The position numbers and the translations under genes were made by a program. Shown here one piece after another: positions 60,844-64,000 of a DNA stretch of 64,000 nt; position 1 is the first letter of the stretch, and every line of letters starts with the position of its first letter. Source of the DNA: the human T2T-CHM13v2.0 reference genome, Homo sapiens; assembly GCF_009914755.1 (NCBI RefSeq), contig NC_060941.1; one strand, 5' to 3'. The notes below the pieces were generated by a model. That model was not told the origin of the DNA. It did not search any database and saw nothing but the letters and a program-made list of their open reading frames with translations.

Positions 60844-62540
60844 AACACTGACAAGTAATTCTAAGCCCATTTTATCCTGGGTGTGAGAGGGAAAAGAAAT
60901 TTACATCCCTTTGCTTTAGAGTCCGTGGCTTATATGCCACGGTGCCTTCAGTTCACTTTATATATTCATGGGTATAATTTAGTAGGGACGAGGGAGGGTG
61001 CAGGAGGGAGGCAAATTGTCCTTTCTTCAGTGAATACAGGGGAACAGATGGTTGTTATTTGCTGAGTGATTCTGGAAAATCACTACCTTGAATTCTCAGT
61101 TTTGAGTCTGACATTTGTTCTGTCACCATTTCCCCAGTAAACAGGAATAAAAAACGAGCCACATTTGACAAGGAAAACACTGCTTGGCCGAGAGACGAAC
61201 ATTGTCAGGATGTTGGCCACGCTCCCGCGCCTTTGTGTGGTGGCGTAGCTGTCACAGTGGCGTCTGCCAGGAGGTGGCAGGCGACACCTCCAAAACCACC
61301 CCAGTGCTGAAGGGCGGGGCTGCGATTTTTTCCTGGATTTAAATCGTTGAAAAGGGAGGAAAAGAGGATGGAGTGAAGTCTCCCTCCACCAGAGAGCATT
61401 TTGCAAGCTGTCTGTGCTCCGGGGTGTTAAAGCCGGAGACCCATCCAGATTGTCCCAGACCACCTCAGAAGAAAGAACCCGGAGTACAGGAAGACATGGG
61501 AACAAAAACGGAGGCGAAAGAGGACGAACGGGAAATAGCAGGAAAGACCGTCACAACTTTTCCCTGTGACTGCAGCCTCTGAGAAAAGCAACTCTGGGCA
61601 AAGCATAGGTGTCCAGATGTGCCTGGAGCTCACGCTGGGTGCCCACCGGCTGGCCCTTCGGTTCCTGCTTCGGGGCAGAGAGCGCTGAAATCACTCTCCC
61701 CTCGCCCCAGCCGCTGGCTCCTGGCTGGGAGCCTGGTCATTAAGGTCCAGAGGAGAAACAGACCTCTGGGGACCTGCCGTTCACCTGGGACCTTCCGCTG
61801 CTTGCCCCGGGGTTGACAGCAACCCCAGATGTCCACACCAGCCACGCTGGGCCACACTTAGCCCCACTTTTGCCATTCTACCACGCACAGCCCTCACACA
61901 CACTCCCCATCCAAGGTTCCAGGGCTCTGGGCTGAAAATCACCAGCTGTACTGCAGGGCCTGGGGCTGCCCTCTTGACCAAGCTACCTCTCCCTCAGGAG
62001 CAGAGCTGACAGGCTCACCTGTTTTTAAGAAAACATGTTGCCACCTTAAAAATTCCATGATTGTGTTTCCTCTGTTTTCTTTTTTTTTTTTTTAGATGGG
62101 GTTTTGCCACGTTGCCTAGGCTAGTCTTGAACTCCCGGCCTCAAGCTATCCTCCTGCTTCAGCCTCGAAAGTGCTGGGATGCCAGGCGTGAGCCCCTGCG
62201 CCCGCCATGTTTCCTGTTTTCATCAGTGCAGGGAGTGCACACATGTAATAAGCTAGGAGCCAAGTTAGTGGATGAGCTGGTTTATTGCTCAGGATGACTG
62301 AAGTCTCAACTACGGAACCATGTTACATTCGAGCAGCTGAGACAGCAGCTGAAGCCAGGTCCTCCCGAAGCTTCAGGAAGCCTGCTTGATGCTCCACGGC
62401 TGAGAGTGACAGAGAATCCAGAATAGCTTATGGATGGGTCAGTTCTCGTCTCACCACACTCCCAATATCCAGCTTCCTGGACTGTTGTGTAGGGAAGAGC
62501 CACTTTTTTCAGTTGAAGTCTGAGTTCTTATGGGCCATGA

Positions 62541-62870
<330 letters not shown>

Positions 62871-64000
62871 GAAATGCAGGAAGGGAACAGGGAACAAGGC
62901 TGGGGAGGGAGGAGCCGACGGCTGCAGCAAGCTCCGGCCTCAGCCTCCCTTCCCTGCTCCTCTGAGATGCCGAGGGCGGGGCGTACTCACTGCAAGCCTG
63001 CCAAGTAGGACCTCCATGTCCTCTGACATTCGAGAGATGGACTTTTTGGCCCTGAGATCACGTCTCCTACTGTGTCGTCATTCTAGCACCTGTGGGTGAC
63101 TTCCTCATGTGAGTGAGGCATAAGCACCCGGAATCCGGACTGGAGGCCGTCTCTGCCTCTGGATTGCACACTGGCCTACAGACCTGGGGACAGAGTCTTT
63201 CACGAGTTGTGTATCGTTTAACAGAAACCCAACAGTTCCACCCAAACCTCCTGACACATTCTCGGGCTTGGGAAGTGTCCCAAAGCACCAAGGGGGTGAG
63301 ACACACGCCTTGAAAAATGGCAGTAGGCATACTTACCTGTCTTCATGCGCTCACATACGAGGTGTACCTAGAACGCCCTCATGTTATATTCCCAGCACTA
63401 ATGAAGCTACTGGTCAACAGCTATTTGTTCCCAAAGAATTTTCCCTTGCGCAGCCGCAGCCTGGAGGAAGCAGGGCGTGTGCCCTCGTCTGCTGGCGGCA
63501 GCAGTGAGGGGTGTAGCCAAGTGCCCACTTCTCTCATTCAGCTGCTTCGGGGCAAACTGGAAAGATCCTTTGAGCTCACAGCCCCCTGCTCAGTGCTACT
63601 CCTGAACCTGCGGGCCTGTGTGCACAGCCACCCACAGCGCGCACAACACATGGGCCTGCCCAGGGCAACGGCACCGTCAACAGCGTGTGCCCTCGCTCAG
63701 GGCCCTCCCGGTACTACGCTTCCCAGTGTGCAGGGTTCCCAGACGTGTGTCCTCTCATACATTGCATTTCCTCCCTAAGCTGCACGGGGCAACACCGTGT
63801 TAGGTCCCGCGCATCTGCTCCTGGGCCACATCCGGCTCCGTCTGTATTGTTCCTGAATTCAGTTTGCTGTCCTAGAACAAGGCAGCAGGAGGGGAGAACA
63901 GCTTTTCAGTGTCTTTAATTAGGCAACAGGAAAAAACAAAGTCTGGCTGAAAATTACTATTTGAAGCTTGGCCGATGCCAACACAGCACTCGCTCCCTGC

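Overview
Human (primate) genomic DNA, recognisable from its proteins as the gene-dense, Alu-rich 17p13.3 cluster. In order: the last three coding exons of TLCD3A/FAM57A (+), complete GEMIN4 (-, 2 coding exons, 1058 aa), the DBIL5P/ELP pseudogene (+, head-to-head with GEMIN4), complete GLOD4 (-, 9 coding exons, 298 aa, plus two alternative exons giving 313 aa) and complete MRM3/RNMTL1 (+, 4 exons, 420 aa, head-to-head with GLOD4). Exon boundaries were read by hand and the exon lengths sum to the expected protein sizes. I found no new gene or clearly new biological system. The most notable pattern is a high density of minisatellites, several of which have amplified a functional motif: the GC 5' splice site of a TLCD3A exon (x5, three extra copies in frame), about 50 in-frame 3' splice-site-like units in the last GLOD4 intron, eight phased CCAAT boxes in MRM3 intron 3, and the C-terminal half of DBIL5P (x4). 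Two Alu rearrangements carry template-switch signatures, and there is a nested LTR-in-LTR with both target-site duplications intact. Repeat family names are from recall of consensus sequences; Alu/LINE boundaries and copy numbers are approximate.
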